Positions 52,443 to 64,000 of a stretch of DNA of 64,000 bases are shown one piece after another; position 1 is the stretch's first letter, and the number at the start of each line of letters is the position of its first letter. The DNA is from Octopus vulgaris. Its lineage: Eukaryota. A model generated the notes under the pieces. That model had not been told where the DNA came from and ran no database searches. It saw only the letters and a list, made by a program, of their open reading frames with translations. The position numbers and the translations under genes were made by a program. The stretch lies in contig OX597814.1 in NCBI GenBank assembly GCA_951406725.2, positions 127,658,001 through 127,722,000 of the forward strand, read 5' to 3'.

Positions 52443-53661
52443 TAGCTGGATCCGTGAAAACTTCACAGAAAATGTAAAAAATGTAAGCATCTGTAAATAG
52501 TGACTTCATTTAATAAATATTGAATAATTATGTATAAGCAGAACCCTGGAAAATTGTATGAAATACAAAAAATGTTTAAATAGTGAAATACAAAAAATCT
52601 TTAAATAGTGATCATGTTTAAGTATGGAATAATTTTTGTTATTTTTGTGTTATGCTACTAATAATCATAAATTTTTATACTATATAATTTGATATTTTTT
52701 TAATTTGACAGTTCATATACATGCACATTGGACAATGCTCACTTCCACATTCCAAGAAAATGTGAGAATTTGGGGTTTTTTTTTTTAACTGGTACCACCT
52801 GTAGTCTAGGCAGTTTGAGCATTGGTGGCTTTTGTTTTTAACTTGTATGACCTGTAGTCAGTGAGTTCCACTCCCTCTGTGAGTTTTCCTGTCCTGTTAA
52901 CCAGCTTGACTGTTGAGTGTAATTGACTGTGTCGAGTTGGGAGTGCCTCCCAAAGAAGGCAGCTAAGTATCCTGCACTGGTGGTTGAACACTATTAGACT
53001 CTCTACTGTGACTATGGAGATGGTGGTGATGCTGGCTGGTGCAGTTTTGTGGTTTGCTGGTATGGTGGGAGAGGATGCCATTGCAAGAAAGATCCAGCAG
53101 GACCATGACTGGTTCTCTGGTCTTGACGGTGTAATGTAGATGTGTAATGATGGAGTTGGCCTTGTCTGTGAACCCGATTGAGTGTCATAACTCTTACATT
53201 GATATTGTTCATAGCTTGTGCTCTTGAAAATGTGACATATAATTGGCCATGAGAAAATACCAGTTGAGGCAAATGTATTCCAACTTTTTCAAATGTTTGC
53301 CCTTGAACCTTATTGATTGTTATTGAATATGCAAGTGGAAGAGGAAACTGAAGTATGTTTAGTGTGAATGGAATACTTGCACCACTTGGACTAAGTTTAA
53401 TTCTGGGAATTAGAACTCCACGACCTCTGTTGGAACCTGTTACCAATAAGCCTCTACACAATGTTCATGAAGTCCTCGCATTTTCATACAAGTTCTGTTA
53501 GATAATCCTTGACTGATGGAAAAATTTCTTAGCAACATTACAATAACCCCTACTTTTAAATTGAGGTGATGAGGAGGCATACTGGATGGAGTGGGAGAGA
53601 TTATGAATTCAACTGGATAGTTCTGAACCTCTTCTTCATTACTGCAGAACACTGAATTCAT
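52442..53661 (-). mobile_element. Helitron 3' portion: PIF1-like helicase C-terminal remnant plus canonical 3' terminus
   Basis: 53190-53661 encodes YPVEF..MPPHHLNLKVGVIVMLLRN..GL.N.T / VLIPRIKL..QFPLPLAYSITINKVQGQTFEKVGIHL..VFSHGQLYVTFSR (frameshifted). Minus end reads hairpin CTGTGAA-gtt-TTCACGG, then CTAG|T at 52442. Confidence 0.9.
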
Positions 53662-55950
53662 GCTTAAGTATGCTTTAAGTGTGTCACCACTCTCTCTGTC
53701 TCTCTCTGTACCTCTTGTCTCTCACTTTGCCATTTACTTCTCTGCTTAGCATTCATTATTTCTGTTTTTCTTTGTAGCTGTCCCTTCAAATGTAGAAAAC
53801 AGTAACATTGACAGCTATTTGCTGAGAGAGAGAGAGAGAGTGTGTGTGTATGTGTGACAGAATAAGTGTCAGATAGATAGATAGGCAACATTTCTTTTTA
53901 CAATTTCCATATTTTCAACTGCTTTATCTTATATATCGTTGAAAAGGAAAAGTTTTCCCTATGGTGGTATGAGAACGGTTTAAGGCGGCGAGCTGGCAGA
54001 AATGTTCGCACGTCGGGCGAAATGCTTAGCGGTATTTTGTCTGCCACTGCGTTGTGAGTTCAAATTCCGCCGAGGTCAGCTTTGCCTTTCATCCTTTCGG
54101 GGCCCGATAAATTAAGTACCAGTTATGCACTGGGGTCAATGTAATCGACTTAATCCATGTGTCTGTCCTTATTCGTCCCCTCTGTGTTTAGCCCTTTTGG
54201 GTAGTAAAGAAATAGGTATGAGAACAGTTTCATTGTCTTTCACTATTATTCTCTATCCACTCACTTCCTTCACTCAATCTATGTCTCTAACTCTCTTTCT
54301 CTCCTCTCCTCCTCCTCTTTCCCCTCTCCCTCCCTTATGTCTCCTTGCCTCTCAGCCATCCTCCTGTGGTAATGAAAAGTAAGAGTAACATCCAATTTTT
54401 GCTGTGGTTATTTGTCTTTGATTTAACAATGTTTCTAAGTAGGTATCTACTTTTCTTTCGATGTATCTATCTTTCTACTCGGAAAATACTGATAAACATT
54501 TATAAAACGCAAATGAAATCCACCTTCCTTTCAGTCACCAGTCACTCTCTGTATTTCTCTGTCACTCCCTCTCACTTTGCCACTCACTTAAACTCTGCTT
54601 AACACTTTTTTTTTTTGTGTTTTTCTTTGTACCTCTCCCTTGAACTGTAGAAAAGTAACAGAAACATGCACAGGTATTTACTGAGAGAGAGAGAGAGAGA
54701 GTGTGCGTGTGAGAGAGACAGACAGACAAACAGAATAAGTGTGAGGTAAACAGATAGATTAGATAGGTAGGTAGGTAGGTAGGAAGGCGGCGAGCTGGCA
54801 GTAATGTTAGCACGCCGGGCGAAATGCTTTGCGGTATTTCATCTGCCGTTACGTTCCGAGTTCAAATTCCACTGAGGTCGACTTTGCCTTTCATCCTTTC
54901 GGGGTCCATAAATTAAGTACCAGTTATGCACTGGGGTTGATGTAATCGACTTAATCCGTTTGTCTGTCTTTGTTAGTGTCCTCTGTGTTTAGCCCCTTGT
55001 GGGCAATAAAGAAATATATGAAAACAGTTTCAGTATCTTTCACTATTGTTCTCTATCCACTCCCTTCCTTCAATCTGTCTCTCTAACTTTTTCTCTCTCC
55101 TCCTCTGTCCCTTTCCCCCTCCATTTTCTGCCCCTCCTCTATGCTTCCTTGCCTTTCACCCATCCTCCTGCTTTTAACAAGTTATCTCCCCCCTCTAATT
55201 CTCCTTGCCTCTCACCTATCCACCTGTGGTAATGAAAAGTAAAAGTAACATCCAATATATATTGCTTTGGTTTAACGATGTGTTGATGTATGTATGTCTA
55301 CTGTGAAAATATAGATAAACATTTAAAAGCACAAAACAAACACCACCTTCCTTTCAGTCACTTTCTATCTTCCTCTGTCACTTCCTCTCTGTCCCTTCTG
55401 TATCTCACTTTTGAGCATGTCCCTTACTTGAACTATACCTCATCTGCTTAGCACCTTTTATTTCTCTTTTTCTTTGTATTTCTCCCTTCAACTGTAGGAA
55501 AGTAAACGTAACATCTACAGGTATTTGCTGAGAGGAAGACTGAAGGAAAGAAAGACAGACAGACAGAAAAACTGTCTGATAGATAGGTAGATAAGTAGGC
55601 AGATTGATAGATAGGCAACATTTGTTTTTGCAATTTCCATATTTTCAACTGCTTCTCCATGACTTTATGAGAACCGGTTCATTGTCTTTCACTATTGTTC
55701 TCTGTCCACTCCCTTCCTTCACTCAATCTATCACTGTTATTCTCTCTCTCTTCCCCTCTCCTTCCTCTATGTATCTTTGCCTGTTACCCATCCTCCTGTG
55801 TTTAATACATTATACTTGTCTTAACTGTCAGCACCTTGAATCTCTTCTCTTTCACTCTCTGCCTGTCCCTCTACTTTGCTGCTTTGCCTCTCACTTCAGC
55901 TATACTTCCTCTGCTTAACAAGCTTTATTTCTCTCTTTTTACTTTTCCTT
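53662..55950. repeat. Three diverged tandem modules adjoining the Helitron helicase
   Basis: Repeated blocks ..tgtag(a/g)aaagtaa..gtattt(g/a)ctgagag..gatagatag.., tatgagaac(a/c)g(t/g)ttcattgtctttcacta.. and cctgtggtaatgaaaagtaa(g/a)agtaacatccaat. Confidence 0.75.
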
Positions 55951-57072
55951 TCAAGTAAGTGTGACACACACCACAGGTATGTATGCAGGTATTAGCATAT
56001 TAATATTTAGGTTGATAATAATGATATAATCCTTTCTACTATAGGCACAAGGCCTGAAATTTTGAGGGGATGGGCTTAGTTGATTACATCGACCCCCAGT
56101 ACTCCACTGGTACTTAATTTATCAACCCCAAAACAATGAAAGGCTAAGTCGAGCTTGGTGGAATTTGAACTCAGAATTTAAGGATGGACAAAATACCGCT
56201 AAACATTTTGCCCTGTGCTAGCAATTCTGCCAGCTCGCTGCCTTAATGATGATAATGATAATAAGAAGAAGAAGATGTCTTGGTATAAAAGATGGGCTAC
56301 AGCAAATATTCTGCTCAATACCACAGATTTGCTTGTCAGTTGTTTCACCTTAACCAGTTGAGCATGTCCCTTAGTGGCTGACGATATGTGCATCTCTGAT
56401 CACGAGCAGAAGTAGTGGGGGAGCATCATAGCCATGTGTTGAAAGGAATTCTTGGAGGTTTGGATAATTCACCTTTGGAAACATAGGTGGTTCATTCAAC
56501 ATCCTTAAACAATCCTTATTTAAAGACCTTTTGTGTGGGATGGGTTACTCGACCAGAAGAAAATTTTAACTGGGCCCCACCTGCAAGGTCATGTGCTGTT
56601 TATCTTGATATGAGATCACCATGTCGCACACATATGGTTGTGATGCATGTGCCTGGTGTACCCTTATCAGATGGGTATACTGGGCTTCGTATATTTTACC
56701 CCAGTGTCACTTTGATGGCATGCACTGCTCTCTCACTCAATAATTATAATATGTGTTCCAGTTGATCCAATCAATGGAACAGCCTGCTCATGAAATTAAA
56801 GTGTAAGTGGCTGAGTACTCCACAGACATGATTTCCCATAATGTAGTTCTCAGGGAGATTCAGTGTGACACAGACAGTGATAAGGACGGTCCTTTGAAAT
56901 ACAGGTACTACTCATTTTTGCCAGCCAAGTAGACTGGAGTTACATGAAATAAAGTGTCTTGCTCAAGGACACAACGTGCCATCAGGAATCGAACTCACAA
57001 CCTTATGACCATGAGTTGAATACCTTAACCACTGAGCCACATGTCTTCACCAATAATAATAATAATAATAAT

Positions 57073-57334
57073 AAGCCAGAAGGCTGTACCAGGCCCAGTC
57101 TGATCTGGCAATGTTTCTACGGCTGGATGCCCTTCCTAACGCCAACCACTCCAAAAGCACCCACTACACTCATGGAGTGGTTGGTGTTAGGAAGGGCATC
57201 CAGCCGTAGAAACATTGCCAGATCAGACTGGGCCTGGTGCAGCCTTCTGGCTTCCCAGACCCCAGTTGAACCGTCCAACCCATGCTAGCATGGAAAGCGG
57301 ACGCTAAACGATGATGATGATGATGATGATGATG
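57073..57334 (+). mobile_element. RTE-tail copy with a 5' inversion forming an 81-bp hairpin
   Basis: 57073-57153 is the reverse complement of 57173-57253; ends in (GAT)n. Confidence 0.85.
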
Positions 57335-58049
57335 AATAAAAAGCATTAACATAATACCACAGGGTTAAACCACATTTGACAGACATAGAAGTATACAAAA
57401 CAAAATAACCACACATAAAATCTCTGATTTCATCCACACATGATTAAATCTTACGCCTACTTCCATAAAAATTACAATGTTAAACTATGCTTTAACAACT
57501 AGAACCACAAACTTGATATTAAGCAACCTCATACAGTATTGAATGGTTGTTTTTGACTTTTTCAATCTATGCAAATTAAGAATTGCTCTGGGATTTTTTT
57601 TCCTTAGTAGTTTTCTTTTATACAGCTTGGGAAATAATTTCATTCTCAAACGTAGAATAATGCTAATAATGTAGCATGAACAGGATAAACTATCCATATT
57701 TTGCAGAGAAATCTGTTGGTGGCCAGCCATGAGATTCGAACTCACATCTCTATTTTGTTTCTTTTATGTCATAATTTTGTTAAAAATTTGTGCAACTTAT
57801 TCAGAAGTAAACACATATACAAGCCAGAAACCACACCTGAATTGACACATTTTTATCTAGGTAACACTAGTATTGAATTCATCTGAAATTGCTATGTTGG
57901 ATAAGTTCAATACTTCAGTTTCACTGTTGAGTCTCATTTTTATGTAAATAAACTATTATGTTTGTAAACTGGACATGTTTTATTATTTGGTAATAAAATA
58001 ATTTTAGTGAACTGTATAATTCCAAGCAAAATACATTGATTAACGCCTG

Positions 58050-58480
58050 TAAATAGAATTGCTTATTAATGAGAAATATTTTGGTTGAGTGCTACTACTG
58101 AGGTATGACTTAATTCAAGACTATTGTTTTGATAGAATGTGACTAAAGACCATTGATTGTTACCTGTTACATATAACTTGACTAAAGACTGTTAACTGTT
58201 ATTGTTTCGATATAGCTTGACTGACACTTGCAAATAGCATTGCTTAATAAGAAATATTTTGGCCGAGTGCTACTACTGAAGTATGATTTGACTCAAAACC
58301 ACTGTTTTGATAGAATGTAACTAAAGACTATTGTTTGTTACCTGTTAAATATAACTTGACTAAAGACTATTGATTGTTACCTGGTACATATAACCTTACT
58401 AAAGACTTTTGATTATTACCTGTTACATATAACTTGAGTAAAGACTATTGACTTATTGTTTCGATATAGGTTGACTAAAG
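58050..58480. repeat. Minisatellite (~39-bp unit) with ~180-bp higher-order duplication
   Basis: tgactaaagactattgattgttacctgttacatataact-like units; gagtgctactactga(g/a)gtatga recurs near 58087 and 58266. Confidence 0.8.
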
Positions 58481-59359
58481 ATTAATGTCTGCTACTTCAG
58501 TTTTAGGTTGACTGGAAACTATAGTGAATGGCTACATGTACCTTGATTGAACACTGTTAGTGCATTGATATTGCTGTAATGAAATCTGTTGAATGTCCTA
58601 TGTTACAAATGTTATTCCAAATTAACTTCAGAATTCCTATAAAAATGCCTTTTATTTTAGTTTTAAATGAATATTCAGTGCCGAATTGTCTTAGATCCAA
58701 TATTGAAGGTATGTCTTATGTTGCTTTTGGAATTTGCTTTAACACTTTCATTGAATCTCCCTTCCATTCATGTTCCTCCACCTCTCTATCCCCTATTTAT
58801 TCCTGTTAAAAGAAAAACACATGGCAGATTAATTTTTGTTGTTGTTGTTGTTGTTGTTTCTGTATTTGTCCTTTTTAATAGGTGCTGTCTTTCTGTGTTT
58901 GCTATTTGTTCAATATTTGTTTCAAGTTTGCATTTGGAACTAATTTATTCACCATCTTAATTTAACACTCTAACATGTCTGTGTAATTGAAGTCAGGTGC
59001 ATGCTTTGCTTAAGCAGGTATTTAATTTGTCAACCATGGGAGAAGAGCAGGTGTTTAATCAGACAACCACAAAAGAGTTTACTGTTAGTTAATGATATAA
59101 TCAAGCATTGTGGTTTACTTGAAAAATATTTTACTAAATTTTTCATTTTTGTATCTGGTTTGCAAGATTCTTGATGTGAATTTATGTATTGAACAAATGT
59201 TGTTGTATCTTGGGAGGGTCATTATTCCAATAATAAACACATGCACTGGTTCTATTTTGCTTCTTTTATTATTATTGGAGCCTGGTGCAGCCATCTGGCT
59301 CTCCAGTCCTCAGTCAAACCACCCAACCCATGCCAGCATGGAAAGCAGACATTAAACGA

Positions 59360-59610
59360 TTATTATTATTATTATTATATGAAAACTCACATCTTATTTT
59401 GCTGGGTTTGATAGAAAGTGTCAGCTGTCCACAGCCAGCAGACTGAGGTGAGACTTGCTTTTTCGTCATGGTTCAAGAACCCTACAAAGAATTCTTGCAG
59501 TCTCAAGCAATGCTAATTTTCGTAGGTGTTCTATGTTCACACCTGCACCGGTCTTTTTCAGCCAGGTTGGTAGTTGATTGCTGATACTTTCAACTGCACC
59601 AATTATTATT
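59360..59610 (-). mobile_element. 3' end of an RLE-type non-LTR retrotransposon (R4/Dong/NeSL-like)
   Basis: Minus translation IIIGAVESISNQLPTWLKK..EHLRKLALLETARILCRVLEP* resembles the RLE C-terminus (IGALG..LQKxALLGTARILR); followed by a (TAA)n tail. Confidence 0.7.
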
Positions 59611-59613
59611 ATT

Positions 59614-59646
<33 letters not shown>

Positions 59647-60387
59647 CAATTGTTTAATTATCTAATTAATTAACTAATCAGTCGTTTACACAGTTAATTA
59701 TTCAGTCAATTCTGGTTGTCATTGTTGTGTCATCGTCATTCACAACCTCATCAGTGATATGCCCTCTCTCTTCCGGGTCAATTTTTAACAAACATAGCCG
59801 ATTGCTTGATCAACCAAACAATTGATGAGTTAATTGGTTAAATAGAACCAATGTGTGTATTTATAAATGGCATAATGACCCTCACAAGATATATCAAAAT
59901 TATTTTATTAAAATTATATACTAAAAACAAAATTTCATCTCTTTGATGATTGCATGGAAAACTAGCATTAGAAGGTTAAATATTTGCATGAATTTAAAGT
60001 AGCTGGGGATAGCTGCTTAATTTTTTTTTTTTTATATATATAATCACCAGCAGATATGAATCTTTTAATTTATTTACTAATATCTTAAAATGTGTCATCT
60101 TCGTGTTTGAAGGTTAACTTCAAGAGATTACTAAATTATTATTTAATCTCATATTTGTTACTGTCGAAAAAATGTTTTACAACATTACACAATGAGAACA
60201 CTAATTATTGATAAATTGATTATTCGAGTTTTTATGATATTATATATTGTACTGTTCTGTGATAGAGAGATCAACAAAAAAAGTACTCCATCTGGTGAAA
60301 GATAAATATTATTTATTTAAAGGATACAATACATGTCTTTAAGTGCTACTAATAGCTTCACTATTAGTGCTATTAATATATATACAT

Positions 60388-60454
<67 letters not shown>

Positions 60455-60716
60455 TATACATACGGTCAGAATTAGTGAAACATTCAGTGACAATTGTAGG
60501 TTTCAGATAGAATCTTTTATTTCCCTTCTCTCACTCTTGAAGCCTTCAAACAAAAACAACATATCTATATATTTATTGCCTGCTTCTCAGCATTTTAGTA
60601 ATCCAAGAACTACAGACAGAATCCAGGAAATCAAACTGAAGTTAATGACCATGAGACACAAAATGGCCTAGATTTTAGGAAGTAATCAGACCTAATATCA
60701 TAGCATAAATTACTGT

Positions 60717-60966
60717 TTATATTATTTACATTTAAAGGATATTTGTCCTCATCTTGTTTGTTGTTAACACAACGTTTCGGCTGATATAGCCTCTAGCCTT
60801 CATCAGGTGTCTTGGGGAAATTTCGAACCTGGGTTCCCCAAGACACCTGATGGAGGCTGGAGGGTATATCAGCCAAAACATTGTGTTAACAACAAACAAG
60901 ATGAGGACAAATATCCATCAAATGTAAACAATGTACATAATTCCTCATATCTTAAATATAGAACTG
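60717..60966 (+). mobile_element. Second, shorter fold-back copy of the 24.8-kb hammerhead element
   Basis: Inverted arms around ~60825; 3' tail ..tcttaaatatagaactg at right; 16-bp TSD TAGCAT(A/G)AATTACTGT at 60701 and 60967. Confidence 0.82.
60766..60811 (-). ncRNA. Minimal type I hammerhead ribozyme motif
   Basis: Minus strand: GACAC-CUGAUGA-A-GGCU..AGCC-GAAA-CG-UU-GUGUU with an intact core. Confidence 0.75.
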
Positions 60967-61559
60967 TAGCATGAATTACTGTACTCAACATGAAGTGACA
61001 AATTCAATAAGAATTAGATATTTTGTATTGTATGCAGTTACTTGGTGTATACTAAAACTTTGATTAAGCCTGATGGTCTGTCATCCATGACTGATTTTCT
61101 TGTCACTTCAGTGACAACCCATAATATAGATTTTTACATGTATGAAACAGCAATGTGATACTGAATGTCAGGGAAATACAAACAGCAAAGATAGTAAATG
61201 CAGCAACTAGAGACGAATGTCTTACTTTGATTTGTTGAATACATTGAGTATCTTTATTCACAGCTTGAAACTGTTTAGGAATTACATTACATTCGGCAGT
61301 TAACTCGCTGTTCACATAGGACACCTACTCAAAGAGTGGGTCGAATTAAAGAGTTACATTTATAATGTTATAGATTAAAAGAAGATCTTGAAAAGAGGAA
61401 ATATTATGAATCTTAAAGATCAGAATAAAAGAACATGGAAAATTTTTTGCTCAGATGAGGAACAGAATATTTATTCAAGTATAAAATGATGAAAAAAATT
61501 ATTAAAGTTTCAATGCTTATGCACAGTTCCCATTTAGAAACTTAATGCATTGTTGCAAG

Positions 61560-62010
61560 CCACTGGTCTCACATGGTGCAAACATGCAGTTTCAAAGGTT
61601 TGCTAATGGTGTCCAATAGTTGTAGAAGGGAGGCCATCCCACCAAGAATGCTGGCAGGATCAGCCTTCATGGCCTACAATTGTTGCTTCACATCCTACTG
61701 TTGATGACATTTAAACACATCAAGAATCAGTAAAGACGGTTGTTTCAGTAGGCCACCTGGTCATCTTCCTTCATACTGTTTTGATTAAGCTATTTGTTAT
61801 CCCTGTATCAAAGCACCCATCTCTGTCATAGTCATGAACCTCTATTCTTCTCAGAAATGTTTCATTGGGCAAGATCTTGCTCTTAAAGACAATGTATGGT
61901 GTCAGATTTTCCATCACAATTGGTAGCTCACATCACCATAAAATGATTCTTCTCATTGCTGGTGGTCTTCATAATGGCTGTTTTCTGGCTCTTGGAATCA
62001 ACTGTCTGTT
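61560..62010 (-). pseudogene. Decayed pogo-type DDE transposase remnant
   Basis: Minus fragments SQKTAIMKTTSNEKNHF, PYIVFKSKILP, SLLILDVFKCH, ILGGMASLLQLLD..SKPLK. Confidence 0.75.
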
Positions 62011-64000
62011 GATAGGAAACTGATGAGGCCTAATTCATGATGAGGAATATTTCATGTAGCTTTTAAGCAAACAAATGTTTCTTATCCCTACTTGCACTGC
62101 AACATAGAACTTCTTATAAACACTGTGGTAATTTTGTATCCCCTTATAATTTATGATACTTAAGAAACAAATTCCATACATTTTATTACTATAATAGCTG
62201 TTGTTAAGCCCAAGTCATCTGTGACCACCTCATTTATTTATATATCTGAAACGTATGATGGCATGATATAGTCCTAACTGGAACGTTTTTGATCTTATAT
62301 CCACTTGAAGGCAGTGAGCTGGCAGAAACGTTAGCATGCCGGGTGAAATGCTTAGCAGTATTTCATCTGCCGCTACGTTCTGAGTTCAAATTCTGCCGAG
62401 GTCGACTTTGCCTTTCATCCTTTTGGGGTTGATTAAAAAAGTACCAGTTAGGCACTGAGGTCGATATAATCGACTTAATCCGTTTGTCTGTCCTTGTTTG
62501 TCCCCTCTGTGTGTAGCCCCTTGTGAGCAGTAAAGAAATAGATCATACATCCACTTGACCAGCACTGACCTAGGTATCAAGAACTATTTGAAAATTCTAG
62601 TGTCTTCAGTAGGAAACTTTATTGTTTCATGACAGAGTATAATCCTTTAATATAATCTTAAAGTTGCAAACTTTCTCTGTCATTATTTCAAATGTTTGTT
62701 GTATTTTCTATCATCATTTTGTCCTGTTTAAAGTGGTTTTCTCTGAAGTTGACCAGATATATTTCACTTTTGTTTTGTAATTATTTGTATCGCCTTCATG
62801 ATGTATCATTGACTGAATACGAAGACAATTTTATATTTCCTCTCCCAGCCTTTTTCACTGACTTTTACTGTTTTATCTTTCTATTTTTATCAGTCCAACT
62901 TCAGTCCAACAACAACACTTGCTTGTATTTCAACTTTACTGTATCTGTTTCAATGTACTTCCATATAAATATGGTCGGGGGGGGTCTCTCTTTTTTTTCC
63001 CTTTTAAAAATATTTTAAAATGTTCAGCATGGTCTTGAAGAAAATCTATTGGCTGTTATTAAAACAATATGTCATTGTTTAGTTGTCAAGTATTAAATTT
63101 GGAAACAGGATTGTCAAGTACAATCTCAGCATTTTAAAGGTCAGTTTGTTGGCCAAATCTAGATAAGCATCAATCACTATGACTGAAATTAATTATAGAT
63201 TTGTTCTTTTTCATGAGGGCATTCGTAAAATAATTCATTATTATTTTTTTAATATTTTTCTTTCAGACTGATCTCTTTTTCATTGTTGTTCTAAACAGTT
63301 TCCTCCTTTGGCAACTATGTCTTTCCCACTCCCAGTAATACTTTCAATTACTTTTGCTGTTTATTCATTTATTTTTTTCAATATCTCATTCAATCTGAGA
63401 ATGTTTAAATGCTATGTATCTTTGATTCTTAAATTTTCATTCTTCAAAAAAATAATTTCCATTAAATATTTTTGTACCTGTTTTCAATCAGATTAGAAAA
63501 AAATCCTACTTGTTCTATTTTCAGATACCTACTCTTGAATACTCGAAAAATTTCTTTTTTGTTCAAAATCAGAAATATATTGATTTGAATTCCCATGTGT
63601 GATGTAGTTATAGTTGCTCATAATGGCTTCTAAGTAATATTCCTGCTAACTGTGCCACATGTCTATTGATATTTGTGCTCAAAAGTAGAATTGGTCATGC
63701 CAAAAATTTTTTGTCTTGATAATAATTACCCCATCATAAAAATGTAAATAGACTTACAATTGCTAAAAAATTGTGCTGTAATGTGTGTGTGAGTGCGTGT
63801 GTACTTGTGTATGTGTGTATATATGTATATATATATATATATATATATAATTATAAATTTTCTTCAGAAAATCATAGAAAGCATGGAAGTGCTTGAGTCA
63901 AACCAGAGACACTAGATAAATTCAGGAGATACAAGGAAAAAGTTCAACTCAGGCAGACTACAATTGGTGTATGCATATACGGATTTAATAAAAAGAATTG

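Noticed and set aside
58050-58480. Repeat array superficially like a CRISPR
   Set aside because: Units are degenerate and contiguous with no unique spacers, there are no cas genes, and the context is eukaryotic.

Overview
AT-rich, repeat-dense animal genomic DNA. The SINE/LINE repertoire suggests a coleoid cephalopod (Octopus-like); this is an inference. The only recognisable host gene is WDR59 (GATOR2 subunit) on the + strand: ten consecutive GT-AG coding exons at 1683-17963 splice into one open frame covering the RWD domain and downstream region. The 5' WD40 exons lie upstream of the window and I found no 3' RING exons in the remaining 46 kb. Introns are packed with tRNA-derived SINEs, RTE LINE fragments, a CR1/L2-like ORF1 with a polyQ expansion, a Helitron, pogo remnants and MITEs. 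The most striking signal is a set of non-coding, Penelope-like insertions from three unrelated families, each carrying a type I hammerhead ribozyme with a minimal palindromic helix III (16.0-16.6, 24.8-25.4, 37.5-38.6 and 60.7-61.0 kb). Most are arranged as asymmetric fold-back palindromes, and one family has a tRNA-derived head, i.e. a candidate ribozyme-bearing, Penelope-mobilised SINE. Coordinates were read by eye and repeat boundaries are approximate.
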